Assembly: GCA_001949185.1 (NCBI GenBank)
Contig: BDGG01000005.1
Location: forward strand, 2,283,249-2,347,248
Length of the DNA stretch: 64,000 nucleotides
Reading direction: 5' to 3'
Source of the DNA: Ramazzottius varieornatus
Taxonomy: Eukaryota > Animalia > Tardigrada
Shown here: one piece after another, positions 1 through 12,700 of the stretch
Position numbering within the stretch: the first letter of the stretch is position 1
Layout of the letters: the number at the start of each line of letters is the position of its first letter
Program-made: the position numbers and the translations under genes
The notes under the pieces: model-generated
What the model was told of the DNA's origin: nothing
What the model saw: the letters and a program-made list of their open reading frames with translations, nothing else
Database searches by the model: none

Positions 1-846
1 AGATTGATGCTATGCTGACGAAAGCTAGTTGTTTCGGTAAAGCCTTGCATGCTCTGACGAGCCACCTCAACTTCCGGTCGAAGCACATAGGCTGTGAAGT
101 AGCGTACCTGAAGGCCTTGTCGGAGAGGCTGGCCACTGCTTCGCTTCCTGATCAACAACGGCCGAAATTCCAACGCGACCACAAGACGACATTAGCGTTT
201 CTGTGTGGCGTTTGTGTGGACTATGCGATCATAAAAGAAGAAGCCACCTTCGGGTATTCTGATGAGAATGTCACGGTTGATATCGATTTGAGTCTCGAAG
301 GGAACATCGTCAATCTACAGCCTATGCAGGGTAATATGTTATAGCATATTATGTCATGTCCTATTGATACATAGTACCATGGTGTGTTATGTCATGCTAT
401 GTGTTGCAGGTGTCATCTACTTGGATGTGAACGGAGTCTTCCACATTGAGAACCGCGGAAGTTCGACAGTGTCCATCGATGGTCAGCTGGTCGAAGAAGG
501 TTCCGACATGGAGCTTCACGAAAATGCCGCTGTAGATATCGGGACCTTAGCATTTCAGTTCTACCGGAACAACGCAGCTGTGAAGAAGCATGTCGAGAAG
601 GTGGTGGCTGACTTTGCCGCCAGAGGGCACACAAATACGGCCCTCGAAGATGTTATAGGTTCTCCAGAGAGATACGACCACTTTGCTGGAAACGGCGAGG
701 GTCGGTTGACAAGAAGCCCAAGTTCCGGTGGTTCGTCTGACGACTCCAGACCGCGTTTCCGCATTGACGAAGACAGGGTTATGAATGGTCATGATGACCT
801 TTCGCACAAGAACACTGAGGACCGTCACGAATCTGACTCAGAGTAA
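1..846 (+). CDS. MCRS1: 3' part of MCRS1/microspherule protein 1-like gene (divergent C-terminal FHA domain); 5' end outside window
   Basis: LAFLCG..VDYAIIKEEATFG..VDIDLSLEG..QG|VIYLDVNGVFHIENRG..VSIDGQLV follows the MCRS1 FHA pattern (LAVLRG..VRYLMRSREITLGR..IDVDLSLEG..QGVIKLKNNGDFFIANEG); one GT-AG intron ~331-409 joins ORFs 12..344 and 364..846. Confidence 0.75.
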
Positions 847-1638
847 GCTTGGATATTCCTGCAATGTTATATATGGTCTCGAAGGGAACGATTCGAACTC
901 TTTCTTGATACTGTATTTTAACGTCATGTTGGTGTTTTGACGGTCATTATTTCAGGATTTACGGAAATGTATGTTAAATAAAAAAGGAACGAGAGAATGG
1001 GTCCGTTTGGGTTGTTTGCCTTGTTACAATAGTAACATGTTATGGTGGGTTCGGACCGGTCTCTCGCTGCGTTGCCGCGAAAGATCAAGAGATCCGCCCG
1101 GGCTCGAGAGAAATTCTCAAGAGACTGCCTCTTGAGTGAACTCGCAGGCATTGCTCCAGTAACCTAAAGCGTACTCTAGTGTTCAGCCTCTAATCAAGGT
1201 AGGGGTTCCCGACCTGGTTTATGAAATTCAGGGAATACGGATGACAGTTGTTTCCGGTAGGTGTTTCCAGCCGGCTTCAGCCAGTAACAATTACGGTAGC
1301 TAGGCCGATTGCTACGTAAGGTAACCGCTGGAAGTCGTAGGTAAGTCACCTGTTGTAATCTATATGTCACGAGATTACCTCTCGTGGATAATGTTAGGGT
1401 CTGAAGTACGGCAAAGATCATGCGTTCTTGTACTACTGAGAATGTCAGCAGGTCTCTGGTCCGTCCCCTTGGGGACTCATGATATCAGTGTCGATCTGTA
1501 CGTGAAGATGAAGTAGTCATGGGATAACTTTACAACGAGCCCAACATGGGGAACTAGGAAACTTCGAGCACCAAGACGAAATTTAGAGGCATCGATAAAA
1601 CAGTCGAAATGACCACTTCTACTGTTCAGGAATGCGTT

Positions 1639-4600
1639 TTACACGGTTTGCGGCTTTGTAGTGGGTTCTGATACTGCGGGTAATTTTCTTTTTCTTCTTC
1701 TGCATGAAACATTGGCAACACAGAATACTGACGAAGGCGCTGCGGAACTCTTGAGAGAACCCGGCGTAGATTAGGGGATTGAGCATCGAGTTGAAGTATC
1801 CCAGCCAGAGGAAGAAGGCGTATATCCGTTTGTCAATTTCCTACGAAACGTGACCAATCGTTTGTCGATCATTCAATTAAAATTCTCCAATAAACTCAGT
1901 TTGGTGAGTTGACTTTTTCCCGACGAACCTTCAACGCCGGAACAAAGGGTTCAAGAGTATAGATGACGAAGAACCCCATCCAACAGGCCACGAAGGAGCA
2001 GAGAATAATCAGAAGAACTCTGAAAACCTTTCTTTCCCGTTCTTTGAAACTCGACCTGTCTTTGGGCGTAAGCCTCCGCCGGAAGTGTCCGGTATGCCGC
2101 ATACTCGCAAACTTTCGAAGTGCTCCTGCTGCGTCCGACGCAAACCCAATCGAGTCATTCCTTCCCGACGCGGACGTTGATGAGAGTTCCTCCAATCGTA
2201 TTTCGATCAGGGCAGTTGACGATGTAAGGTTTGTTTCTGTGATGGAACTAGCTCGGACCACGACCGAATGCCGAATGGGAAAGGTTTCGTGTATGAAGCC
2301 ATTGTTCGCAGGATGATGATGATGATGATCGGGGTCCTTCGCGGTGGAAGGTGATGAGGTTTCACCTGGAGCCAAGCTTCCGTTCCTCATTTTCGATTTT
2401 CTGAGTATGCGATCCTTGTTGTTGGCCACGGAGAATATCCGTACGTAGCAGAAGAGGATAATGGCGAGGGGGATCCAGAAGGAGCCACAGGCGGAGTAGA
2501 TTCGGTAACCTTCGTCGATGGCGTAGCTGCACTGCCCGTTGGTCATGGCTCCTTCGAAGATCCCGTGGACGAATAGAGGGGGAATGCAAATTCCGAGAGA
2601 GACAATCCATGCTACGGCAATCAGGTACAGAGCTAGTCGTTTAGTCCGTCTGACACCGTACCAGAGGGGAAAGTTGATGGCCATGAATCGCTCCAGGGAG
2701 ATGATCAGAAGATTCCATATGCTGTAAATTCACCAAACAGGTATTAGGCATGTTCATTTTCTAGAGTCGAATTCGACTCGCAAAAGACTTTTCGATCATA
2801 AATTGACAGAAACTCAGTTTCGCTAGAAGAAAATTCATACAGATAAGACTGGAAAAGTAATATCTGTGAGCTTGGCGAACAAACACCATAAGATTGTTCG
2901 TTCAACCGGCGCATGTTTTCGGTGCCTTTGGCTGGAAGCGTGCGCCACTTGACGTGAACGATCTGGCCGACGTTATTTGCCGGGCTCCCATTCGTCTTTT
3001 CGATTCTTTGATTGTCTGGTGTATTTTTCGTCCGATTCAGATTATTTTGGCGTGCCAAAGTAAGACGTAATTTCATTTTCTGGTAATGTCACAACGACCT
3101 CATTTGCAGCCGTAGTAGATCCATATTTCACGGGTGTATCGACCTGATGGCTTTTATGATCATTCATAAATCAACACTTACATACCTGCTTGTGCAGAGA
3201 AATACATCAGCCGATATAAATATCCAGCAGACTAATGGCCCAAACCACCACTCTCCCGTCACTTCAACAAAGGCGGAAATGGGCATCACTGTAAAAAGCA
3301 ACGCATAATTTAGTCAGGTTACGAAAAGTGTCGAAGTGTGTAATGAAAATAAATATTATATGCATTCTCCCATTGTCAATTATAACTTCGATGGAATTTC
3401 ATTAGTCAGAATCCTGGGTTCCCACCTTCCCACCACTCTACACTGTTGGACGTTAATTTTTCCGTAAACAGGTTGGTTGGTTATTCTCAGTTACGCAGTA
3501 AGTGTCGTCGGTACGTGAAAAGGCGGAAGTGCCGTAAAGGGCGTGGCTGCTGCTGAATTATTTTGCAACATTCATAGTAGGTGTCAAGAGAGGTGTAATG
3601 ACCCACAGAAGAACACTTCGACCGAGAAGTCTCACTGTTGATTACCGACACTATGATTCGTGAGAATTGTTGGAAGCATGGCAGCATGTTTGATTGCCAA
3701 GGAGGGAGTGGGGTAGACTCTGAAGAGAGAAATGGGTTGTCGGCCGAGTAGGACCTTCGAAATGATTAGTTTTCCGGGTCTGTGAACCCCATCACCGATC
3801 AGCTCAAATGTGGTCTGCAGCTGACAGGAATCAGTGGGCATGAAGCTCCTGGATAGACGCTTCAAGTGTCACACAGGAGTCATTAATTACACTGGCGATT
3901 CTTGTAGAAATTTTCAGTTTCTTTCTGATGCCCTGTTATGGAAATATGGCCGCAGTATGGCCAGCTTCCGTGTTCCTCGTTCCTTCCTGTTTAACACTCT
4001 GCGTACGACCGTCCTCTTTGTGTATACAATCACTCAGTTTTATTCACCTCCCAGTTTTAGCTTTTGGTCTTTCGGGTCTGGGTCTTTTTGTTTGCATGTA
4101 CCTCGGTCTTCTCACCAAAGCAACACTAATGACCAGCGATCAGCAAAACCCCAGCACGCTGGAATTTCGGGTGGTTTTGGTGAAATTTGGTGTTTCGTCT
4201 CTTCGCGCGAGACACGTGCACGATATTCGCTTAGAAAAAACTGAGCACTGGGGACAGTCTTATTTATCGAAGCCGAGCCTGGGATAAATTTTGTAGTCAT
4301 CAGTGCGGTCAGAAGAAAATCAAGACGGCCAGTTCTCCCTTTTGAGATTTGGCGTTCATGGCCTGCCAATTATCCGAATTTTGAAATTTCGAGAATTGCC
4401 TGTTGGTTGGACCAGCCTCCGCAACACGGTACCAGCCAATAAAATTCCTGTATATACAAAGAGGACGGTAGTATTCTGCAAACATCAAAACGATCGCGCT
4501 GAAAGTGTTAACCTTGCGTGTCTGATCTTCTACTCACTCCCTCCTTCTTAAATGTGTCGGATGATCGCTAATCACGCTAGTTTCCGGGAAAAATCATCGG

Positions 4601-5878
4601 GTTAATTTGGCATGCGCTTCGTACGTGAAAGTTTCGGTACGGCATGGCGACTTTGCCAGAAATAGCACTCGGAAGTCTGACGAAATGCTGGCGGAACGTT
4701 TAGAAGGAAGTTTAGAGTGCCTTGATGTCGACAGGGAAGCGTTGAGTGTGATGGCATAACTAAGCGGACAAACGTTTGACGTGATGACTCTATTAATTTG
4801 GCTTACCGAAGACTGCGACCAGGAGGTCAGCAACAGCAAGTGACACGATGAAGCAATTGGTAACTGTGCGCAACTTCCGCATCAAGGCTACCGAGAGTAT
4901 CACCAGGACCTATGGAAAGAGAGAAAGTAGGCAGCAGGCACGAACGAGGAGGAACTTGGGGCGTTATTGCATTACACAAGCGTCCCACTTGTGATTCGAC
5001 AGGATGTACGTGAATTCGTTGTTCTGAAGGCATCTGACCATGTAACTGATCAGGCCACATGCAGGCGGATGGGTCAATTTCCACCTCAGCGAACTTCAGA
5101 ATACACAGGCCAAACAAACTCGACAATACAAGGCCGTTCATCCAAGTGGCGCACGCTTTCGGCTAATAACGCCAGGAACAATCCTGTCGAGTTTGTTCGC
5201 CGAGCTCCAATTTATGCGAGCTGTCTTGAAAACTGTTTGGCAGGTCGACTGAAGTGGAGACAGTTTTGGTGTGGGGTAAGACCACAACGACGCATACGGT
5301 TTGTTAATTTCCAGAAAATTTTGAATTTCTGGGCGGACAGGTTTTGTGGGTCGTTTGCTAAACGGACCTTTTGGTATAATGGCCGCGAGCAGACGATAAA
5401 CAGGGATGACGATACACAATGCGCGCAAACGTCTCCTGCCCGACCTCTTGATTGATGTTTGTGGCTACCATACTACAGCTAGACTGGTGTCCGCATGAAT
5501 CAGCTTGAATCAATGAATCAATCGAAATTTGGGGTCGAGCAATACTCAGAGACGTTGGCGCGTATTGTAATCTGTCCCTTATGGCCCGCAAGTATCAGGT
5601 TTCGATCGGCCATTATCCCGAGCTCGTCGGTCGCACTGTGTCTGATATTGACACGGAATCACATTATCATGCCATGGATATGAGCTTCTTACGTTGCCAA
5701 CAACGCCGCATATGGTCATTAGTCCCAGCAGCGTGGACAAGAGCGTGATGCTGAGTGCATTCTGCATGAGCGGATCGTGGTACCCGGATGAAGCCGTGCT
5801 GATGCAGTTGTTGCTTGGGTTGGAGTTCCCTCCAACACAACCAAGACTGTCGTTCACCGCCGTCTTATCATCTTCCAT
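1639..5878 (-). CDS. Class A aminergic GPCR (octopamine/tyramine/adrenergic-like), 5 coding exons
   Basis: Exons ~5878-5693 (TM1 ..GVVGN), ~4909-4807 (LRTVTNCFIVSLAVADLLV), ~3289-3187 (WWFGPLVC..ADVFLCTS with TM3 amine-binding Asp), ~2722-1929 (ISLERF, YSACGSFWIP, CWMGFF), ~1840-1639 (WLGYFNSMLNPLIY). Confidence 0.92.
2866..2989. repeat. Palindromic element copy (GPCR intron)
   Basis: GAGCTTGGCGAACAAAC..CGGCGCA..GTGCGCCACTT..ATTTGCCGGGCTCCC. Confidence 0.8.
5106..5208. repeat. Palindromic element copy, right core deleted (GPCR intron)
   Basis: CAAACAAACTCGACAA..AAGTGGCGCACG..GTCGAGTTTGTTCGCCGAGCTCC. Confidence 0.75.
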
Positions 5879-7144
5879 CTTTCGCGAATCCCTTGACGCT
5901 GACTTTGGGATGACTCTCAAGTTTTCTTAGCGCAGGCCGCAATGAATCGCGCAGTGATCCATATTCATTCCCCGGCGATGCTGTAATAGCCCCTAGTTTG
6001 CGACAGATAGTAATCTCAAATGCGGCCCACAATGATGAATCTTCGTGGAGGCAAACAGAAACCAGCAAAAAGGCGCTAGTCTTAAAGTAAATTACGATGG
6101 GTTAAAGGGGCATTTGCGTTGATAAGGATGGATGAAGCAAGATATTTGGGCCGGATATTGCAAATAATTGCCAGCCAGGGATATATCACACTATCAGCAG
6201 ACACACTCGCGGCCACCACTTAACTTCCTTCTTCCCAACCGACAGCTGCCACAGATGAAGAACAAGTGCCGCCACTGTTTTCCAAGTATTATTGCTTGCC
6301 TTTCTCCCAGTTTATTCGCGAGGGTTTTTTCACGTCTGGGTGCACCAACGGGTAGTAAAGCAAAAACATGGACTACCGTTGGTGATTTTGTGGATCGTAA
6401 GTAATATGAAGACCTAGTCTGTCACCACCTAGTAAGTAATCTCAGAGCCAGATCCAGCCGAGGGAATTCAACCCGTCTGAATTATAAATGGCAAAACCCA
6501 ACCCGCAGGATATTTCCGCCATCGTCACAAGACATAACGGGAACATCTGATTTCACCGATCACGGATCCGAGATTTCAATCGTCACTTCCGCGTGATCCG
6601 AACTTTAAAATACTTTTCGAAATATGGCCGCCACAGAAATATGACTTGTAAGGTCAAAAGTATCCCAGGCACCGCTTCGATGTGCGTGATCCTCGTTCTT
6701 CAAATGAAGACCATTGCAAACACAATAGAAAGAATCCAGAATATAGTGTGCTTTATGGACTAGTCAAAACTTTGATAATGGAAGACGCCGTCAGAAGTGC
6801 GGGGAAGCGCAACAAAATGTGCCGAGACACGCACATGGGCCGTCGGCTTTCTTCGGTCTTCCCCTACCGAATATGACTGGCGAGTCTAATTCTTTCCGGT
6901 GAGCGGAAGCGACAGGGAGAAAGGGATCAGGAAGGCGGGGATCGCTGACTCTGGCTCTAAGGGCGGGACATGAAATCCCACTGTGATGTTCGTAGTTTAC
7001 GCTGGGCTCTAGAAATTTATACAGTCACGTGATATTCCCATTGGACTCCGCCGTTGTATCAAACACCCTCGCTACCAACCACGACGAGCTTCTTTGAACC
7101 ACGAAAGCTATCTGACAATTTCCCGCATTTTCTGTCGACCTATG

Positions 7145-7319
7145 AAGGTCCTGTGGCTGCCTTTCCTTTCAAGTGGCACAGACTTTCAGCCACCAGAACT
7201 GTAGACTGGCGCCACCTGGACAAACTTGGCGGTTTCCAGGTGGCGCAGCCTCCGACCCTTGACATCGACGAAGCGCGCCACTTGCGAAAACGATCTCGTC
7301 GAGTTTGTTTGACGAGCTC
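7145..7319. repeat. Palindromic element, double-core (intergenic)
   Basis: Two AAGTGGC/GCGCCAC pairs, right arm CGATCTCGTCGAGTTTGTTTGACGAGCTC. Confidence 0.75.
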
Positions 7320-8290
7320 TCTGGTTTAGAATGTCGCATACTTCGTCCAGGAGTTTTGGAGAACTTAGAATATTGCGGCGCTACCGTGTATTACATTGAG
7401 CTATTTATGACATGCTGCTGTTTCCCTCATTAGGCGCACACGGAAGTTCAGCCGGACCTACAAGACCTCGCCAAGTTTATTGATGACCAAGAGCTTGTCA
7501 GCAGGCTCATGTCGAGTTAGAAGCATCTGCGTGGCTATCATGTTGTATCACTAACGTCCCATTGCTCGTCAACATTTGATACTGGAGAATCGTACACAAA
7601 GGCGGTGAGCATCTCTTTGTGTTGAGACATGGTCGTGATTCCTGATCCGCTGGTGATGCGAAACGGTGAAGAGCCAGCGCGTGCGACTTGTCATTAGGCT
7701 GATAATCGGGCCACTCTTTTTTTCTCTTCTTCGTTATTAATTTGATTATAGCTGGTTGCACCATCCATTGTTTGTCCAGAAGCCATTAGCCAAAAGTAAT
7801 GTTTTCGGACTGATAGTGGACTTTACGAGATGCGCTACAGCCCTGCCTTCTCCAATATTTCCCGCTATCAGCTCGACAGACAACAGCACAGACATCGATC
7901 CTTTCCGCACATAGGACAGCTTGACACATGGAATGCCGTAGTTCACACAATTACAGTACTTTCAGCATATCCAAACAACAGTTCGCATGCACACATCAGT
8001 ACGAACAATAGTGTCTTCACGCGCCGACGTCTTTACAACGAGTATACTATGAGTATCAGTTTCTCGCTGAGAGGCGAATATGATGTTTTAATGGTAAGCT
8101 GATGAAGGTCTTGCTTATGAAAAACCTCTGTGTTTTGAATCGCAGTATCAAATCACGTAGCTCAGTGACTGCCGTTGAGAACCACAGATCAAATTTTGGC
8201 GGCCCGTGAGTTGTTGTTTCTCCTGTTAACGTTATGCTCGTCTTTCCTGGTATTAAAATCCGAATCCTTTACGGCTGTAGGAAATCGGAA

Positions 8291-8409
8291 TGTCGGGGAG
8301 GTATTCAGACCCAGATCGCTCTCTCAGATGGCGCAATTTTCATTGTTATTACCCGGTGGCGTGCGCCACTCGGGAGAACGACCCGCTCATTTCATTCGCC
8401 TGCGTCCCA
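8291..8409. repeat. Palindromic element copy, subtype B (intergenic)
   Basis: CCCAGATCG..AGATGGCGCA..GTGCGCCACTC..AACGA. Confidence 0.7.
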
Positions 8410-8926
8410 GTTCGTCTTCATGCTGCTCTTTGCAGCTGCTATACAGTAACGCCCTGTCCAAGAAGCTTTTGAAGACCGGCTTTGGAAACCAAAAGTAGAA
8501 TAATAAGGCAGAATCGATCCCAGCTCTACACGGCAAAAGCTGGGTCGTGTTTTCTAAGTGCAATGACAGTAAGCATGAAATGATTTTCACTGCTTGATGT
8601 TATGTTGAACCCACTCTTCGATGAGGTCGATTCCTCAGTTTGAGAACGATACATTTGATTGTTGCGCTTGAGCGGACAAAGTGAAGTTTTGCATACACGT
8701 ATCAACACATGGATCGCGTGATGCTTTCCAAAGAGCTTCCTTCGCAGTTGCGACCTCCTTGCTTTACTTCTAAAATCTTTGCAATGGTACTCTAAACATA
8801 ATGGCAGAATCAAATATCAATATCGTCACGGAACAATTGCCGAATATTATCAACGTTCATGGCTATGGCCATCACGACTTTCACCAGAGTGCCTCACAGT
8901 CCTGCGTACTCGGCACGCAGCGAAAT

Positions 8927-9050
8927 GGGAACTCGGTAAACAGCCTCGACAAGAGCGAATTTCAAAGTGGCGCACGCTACCAACCATCACCATTGCGAAA
9001 AATTGCGTGACCTTCGAAAAAATCTGGTTGGAGCTGTTTGCCGAGCCTCC
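8927..9050. repeat. Palindromic element copy (intergenic)
   Basis: GGGAACTCGGTAAAC..CTCGACAAGA..AAGTGGCGCACG..GTTTGCCGAGCCTCC. Confidence 0.75.
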
Positions 9051-9546
9051 AAATACAGTGTACTTTTCCTTCGCGCGAAAAGCTGAGCCGTCATCGAATA
9101 TCTGTTCATCCTATCAAAAAGAAAAACAAGCAAACGGCTTTGAGGAGTAATTCCTCGAAGTATTATACAGGTGATTACTAGATGCATAATTCAGATTTAA
9201 TCAGGAATTTCTGGTAAATTGATCGTTCTCCAAACGTATCACAGCTCGCGGGCTGTCGGGATTGCGGACAGCGTATTACTATTGATACGCCGCCATTGCA
9301 CTCTGTTACGAAACGTAATAACCCATCAGGATCCATTCCATTTCCTGTTTCCCCTGTTCGCTGCTCTGATTACGCCAGACAAAACCTCACCCAGCTATCT
9401 ATCAACAACACAAATTGCAGCAAGGAAGAAGTCGAGGAAGTGACTGGAGCTTATCGTACTTCCGGTTCCTTGCGGTCACTGATTCTTTTATCACTGTCCG
9501 CCAAACTTCGGCAATTATAAACTCCGCAGTCGATTATTAAAATTTG

Positions 9547-9667
9547 AGACGCCAGCAACCGATTTCACCCAGATCGTTTTCACAAGTGGCGCACTCTAGC
9601 TTTGTTATTGGCCGAGAAAGTGCGCCACTTGGGAAACGATCTGGGTGAATTCATTTGCCGACCTCTC
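9547..9667. repeat. Palindromic element copy, subtype B (intergenic)
   Basis: TTCACCCAGATCGTTT..AAGTGGCGCAC-N25-GTGCGCCACTT..AAACGATCTGGGTGAA. Confidence 0.9.
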
Positions 9668-9762
9668 GGAGTATTACGAGTCGTCCAGTAAACACCGGGA
9701 CTGAAACAATGACACGATTAAAACGGAAAAAATCCTAAAGTGCATCGTAGCTGGTCAAAATA

Positions 9763-12700
9763 TCAAGACTTGGTACCGTCATGCATATCAAAGTCAAGTT
9801 GTCTACTAACAGTAGTAGGAGGACTTGAGGCATCCTGCTTCCTTTCCTTATCCTCCTCGTTCCATCTCCTGTCCGGCTTGACCGGCGAGAAGATCAAGGA
9901 ATCGATCTGCGGACTCGACGACGTATCCGGCATTTCCACGTCCATGGGTTGATCATGCTCATCGAGCGCGGAGAACGCGTCGGGCTTGTCCAGCTGACTC
10001 AGACTAGCGTCTGCAGTCAGCGGGCGGAAGACGAAGTTGGGACCGCCAGCTGCACTGGGCGTCGTCTGTGGACTGCTAATCTCCGAGTCGTTCCAGGTGC
10101 TGCCGCTGGAATACTGGTGGACGAACTGGAGGGGGTTAGGTTTGCGGGCATCGACTTCGTTCCCCGTGGCAGAGACGTCGGGTGTCCGAGCGGGAGTGAC
10201 TTGCTTTGAAGCCGGCGCGGTGATGGCCTTGATGAAGTCGTCGAGCTGCTTTAGAGATAGAGCATTGTGGAGGGTTTCCAGGGGAGTCACATTCGGCACC
10301 GACAAGCATTTGACATCTGTGAGCAATAAAGATAGACGTATCAGACGAAACGCAGATGAGTGACGGCTGGGAGATCGGCAAACGAACTCGAGCAGATCGT
10401 TGTTCCAAGTGGCGCGCGCTTCCAGCCAGCAACGCTGAAAATGTGCGCCACTCAAGAAAACAATCTTGCCGAGTTTACCCCAGTGGCACGCTTTTTCGGT
10501 CAAACTGGCTGGAAGAATGTGCCATTTGAGAAAATAATCTCGCCGAGTTGGTTTTCCAAGCTCTCAGATTTCTCATTTCCTGTGATTCGTTATAGTGTAT
10601 TATTGCTTCTGAGTCTCTGATGAACGTGGCTTGCAAAGACAACCGATCTTTTTGAGAATTCTCGGGAGATCTGATATTTTAATTATTTCAAAACATTACT
10701 GTTTTCATTTCGCCTGCACGATTTTTAGAGGTAAGATTTTTACCGGTAGCTTCGGTCGAGTCGTCCATCTTGTCAAGGCTGGATCCGGAGCTGATGCCCT
10801 TGATGACGTTGGTGCTGAAGACGCGGTTCATAACTACACCAGGAGCATTGGGTTTAAATATAGAACGGTCGTAGCGTGTTTTGGGGAAGTTGATGGTTGA
10901 GTTAGAGTCCAAGTTGTCAAGCCAGCCTGTTAATCCCACAAAGCCATGGTCAGTACCGGAAGACACTCTCAGCGACAGGGAACACTTGCGTAGACGGAAG
11001 GAAAACAACAGAAACACATGGACAAGATGCTCATTTCACAGCTTTACCTTCTGCCAGATGGGACATGGAAGTTGCCGGCATCACCGTGCTTTTCCTGTGA
11101 CCGGAGGAAGGTAAAGGCCCCACGATACTCAGCTGGCTGTCGTTCTTCAGCGTCGCCGTACTGATCTTCATGTTGATACCGTCACCCTACAAGAGCCAAC
11201 GAAAAGTTATCCGAAGCCCTATATCGGAAATATGCGACGCCGGCAAGTGACTTCACCCAGATCGTTTTCCCCAATAGCGCAGATATTCATCGTAATTAAG
11301 TAAAAAGCGCGCGCCAATTGGGAACACGATCTGGGTGAACTGATTTGCCGCCGTAGTTCAGAAAAAATGCAATTACTACGGACTGGTTCGGACTGCTTAA
11401 GAAGCAAGACTTACCGAAGCGTTTTTGGAAAGTTTGTCCGGAGCTGGTTTGAGGAGATCACTTTCAATCTTGGCTTTGACTGGGTTGGTTTCCGAGTCTT
11501 TGATCTGCATACCAGGACTAAAGTGAAGTTCGATGTGGAAGCGCTCTTCGGAATCCACCGGTTTGGTCGGATCTTCATACTGCATGATCACAATCTGCGT
11601 GAGGAAGTTGAACTCGGGCACCGCAGAGACGAACGTCATGGCTCGCTTCCACTGCTCGTCATTCTCCTGCAACATGAAAGAATTTCAAGGTACTTGTACA
11701 GAGAACAGCTCGGAGGAATAACTTACAGGCACTAGTCCTCCAAACCGGAATATGTTCATCAGCGAATGAATATGGCTTTCGCTGGTGAAATACAGGCGAG
11801 TTCTGACCAGTCGATCGGGCGAAGCAATATTCTGCGAGAACCTAAAATGAGAGAAGAAAAATGAGGTTTGATAAAGTTGAGTTAACCAGGTTATGATCGT
11901 ATCTCGCGACTAGTTCGAACCTTGGATGGAGGCGGTTGACGTTTTCCGGGTCGTTCTCTTTCTCGCAAGGAGTGTCCAAAACATGCTGCAAGTCAGTTCG
12001 GATCTTCCGCAGAAGAGGCGAAGCAATGCCCTGGGCAATGGTCAGCTTCTCTTTCTGAGTGATACCGTACTCCAACGGCACCACGATGTTCGCGAGGTTC
12101 TGGGCGATCTTGAAGATGTTCTTCACACAAGTCAACTTGTTCATCCAGTGATTACTGCATTATCAAAAGAAATTAGTTGCAGCCTACAGTACTGTAGCAT
12201 ACTGTACTCCCCGATATCTGCACGAATACACGACGCCACCTACAGGACAAGCGTCATCCGCACAATCCCCTTTGTACGCCGTACGTCCCATACGTTCCGT
12301 AGGTGGCGCCAGGGGTAACAGGTTCCGCGAAGATACTGGGGGTGTAACTGTCTGCAAGAAAGGTTCCCTAGAAGCAACTTACTGTTGCCTATCAAATCGA
12401 ATACAGTCGTAAATATCTGGAATCTTGGTGATGTCAAACTGCCCATCACGCAACCGGAAGTCCTTTTCCAACTTGCCCCAGCGTCGATCGATTAGGTCCC
12501 AGCTTTCTCCCGTGTACAGAGCTGGCACTACACAACGAAGAAAATGTCACGTTGAAAAGCCGTGCCGTCATAGAAACCTCTTGAAATAAAATTAGCTGTA
12601 GTCTGGATGACACTTACACTCGGATTCTTGACTTCTGGCTTTTTCCCGGATAATCGTAACTAGTTCTCCAATACTGCGGTGCATTTCTTCACACGCCGCT

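Noticed and set aside
6000-9700. Short ORFs upstream of the GPCR
   Set aside because: There is no domain similarity or coherent splice pattern, and several ORFs simply run through palindrome copies. The region is probably regulatory or 5'UTR intron sequence.
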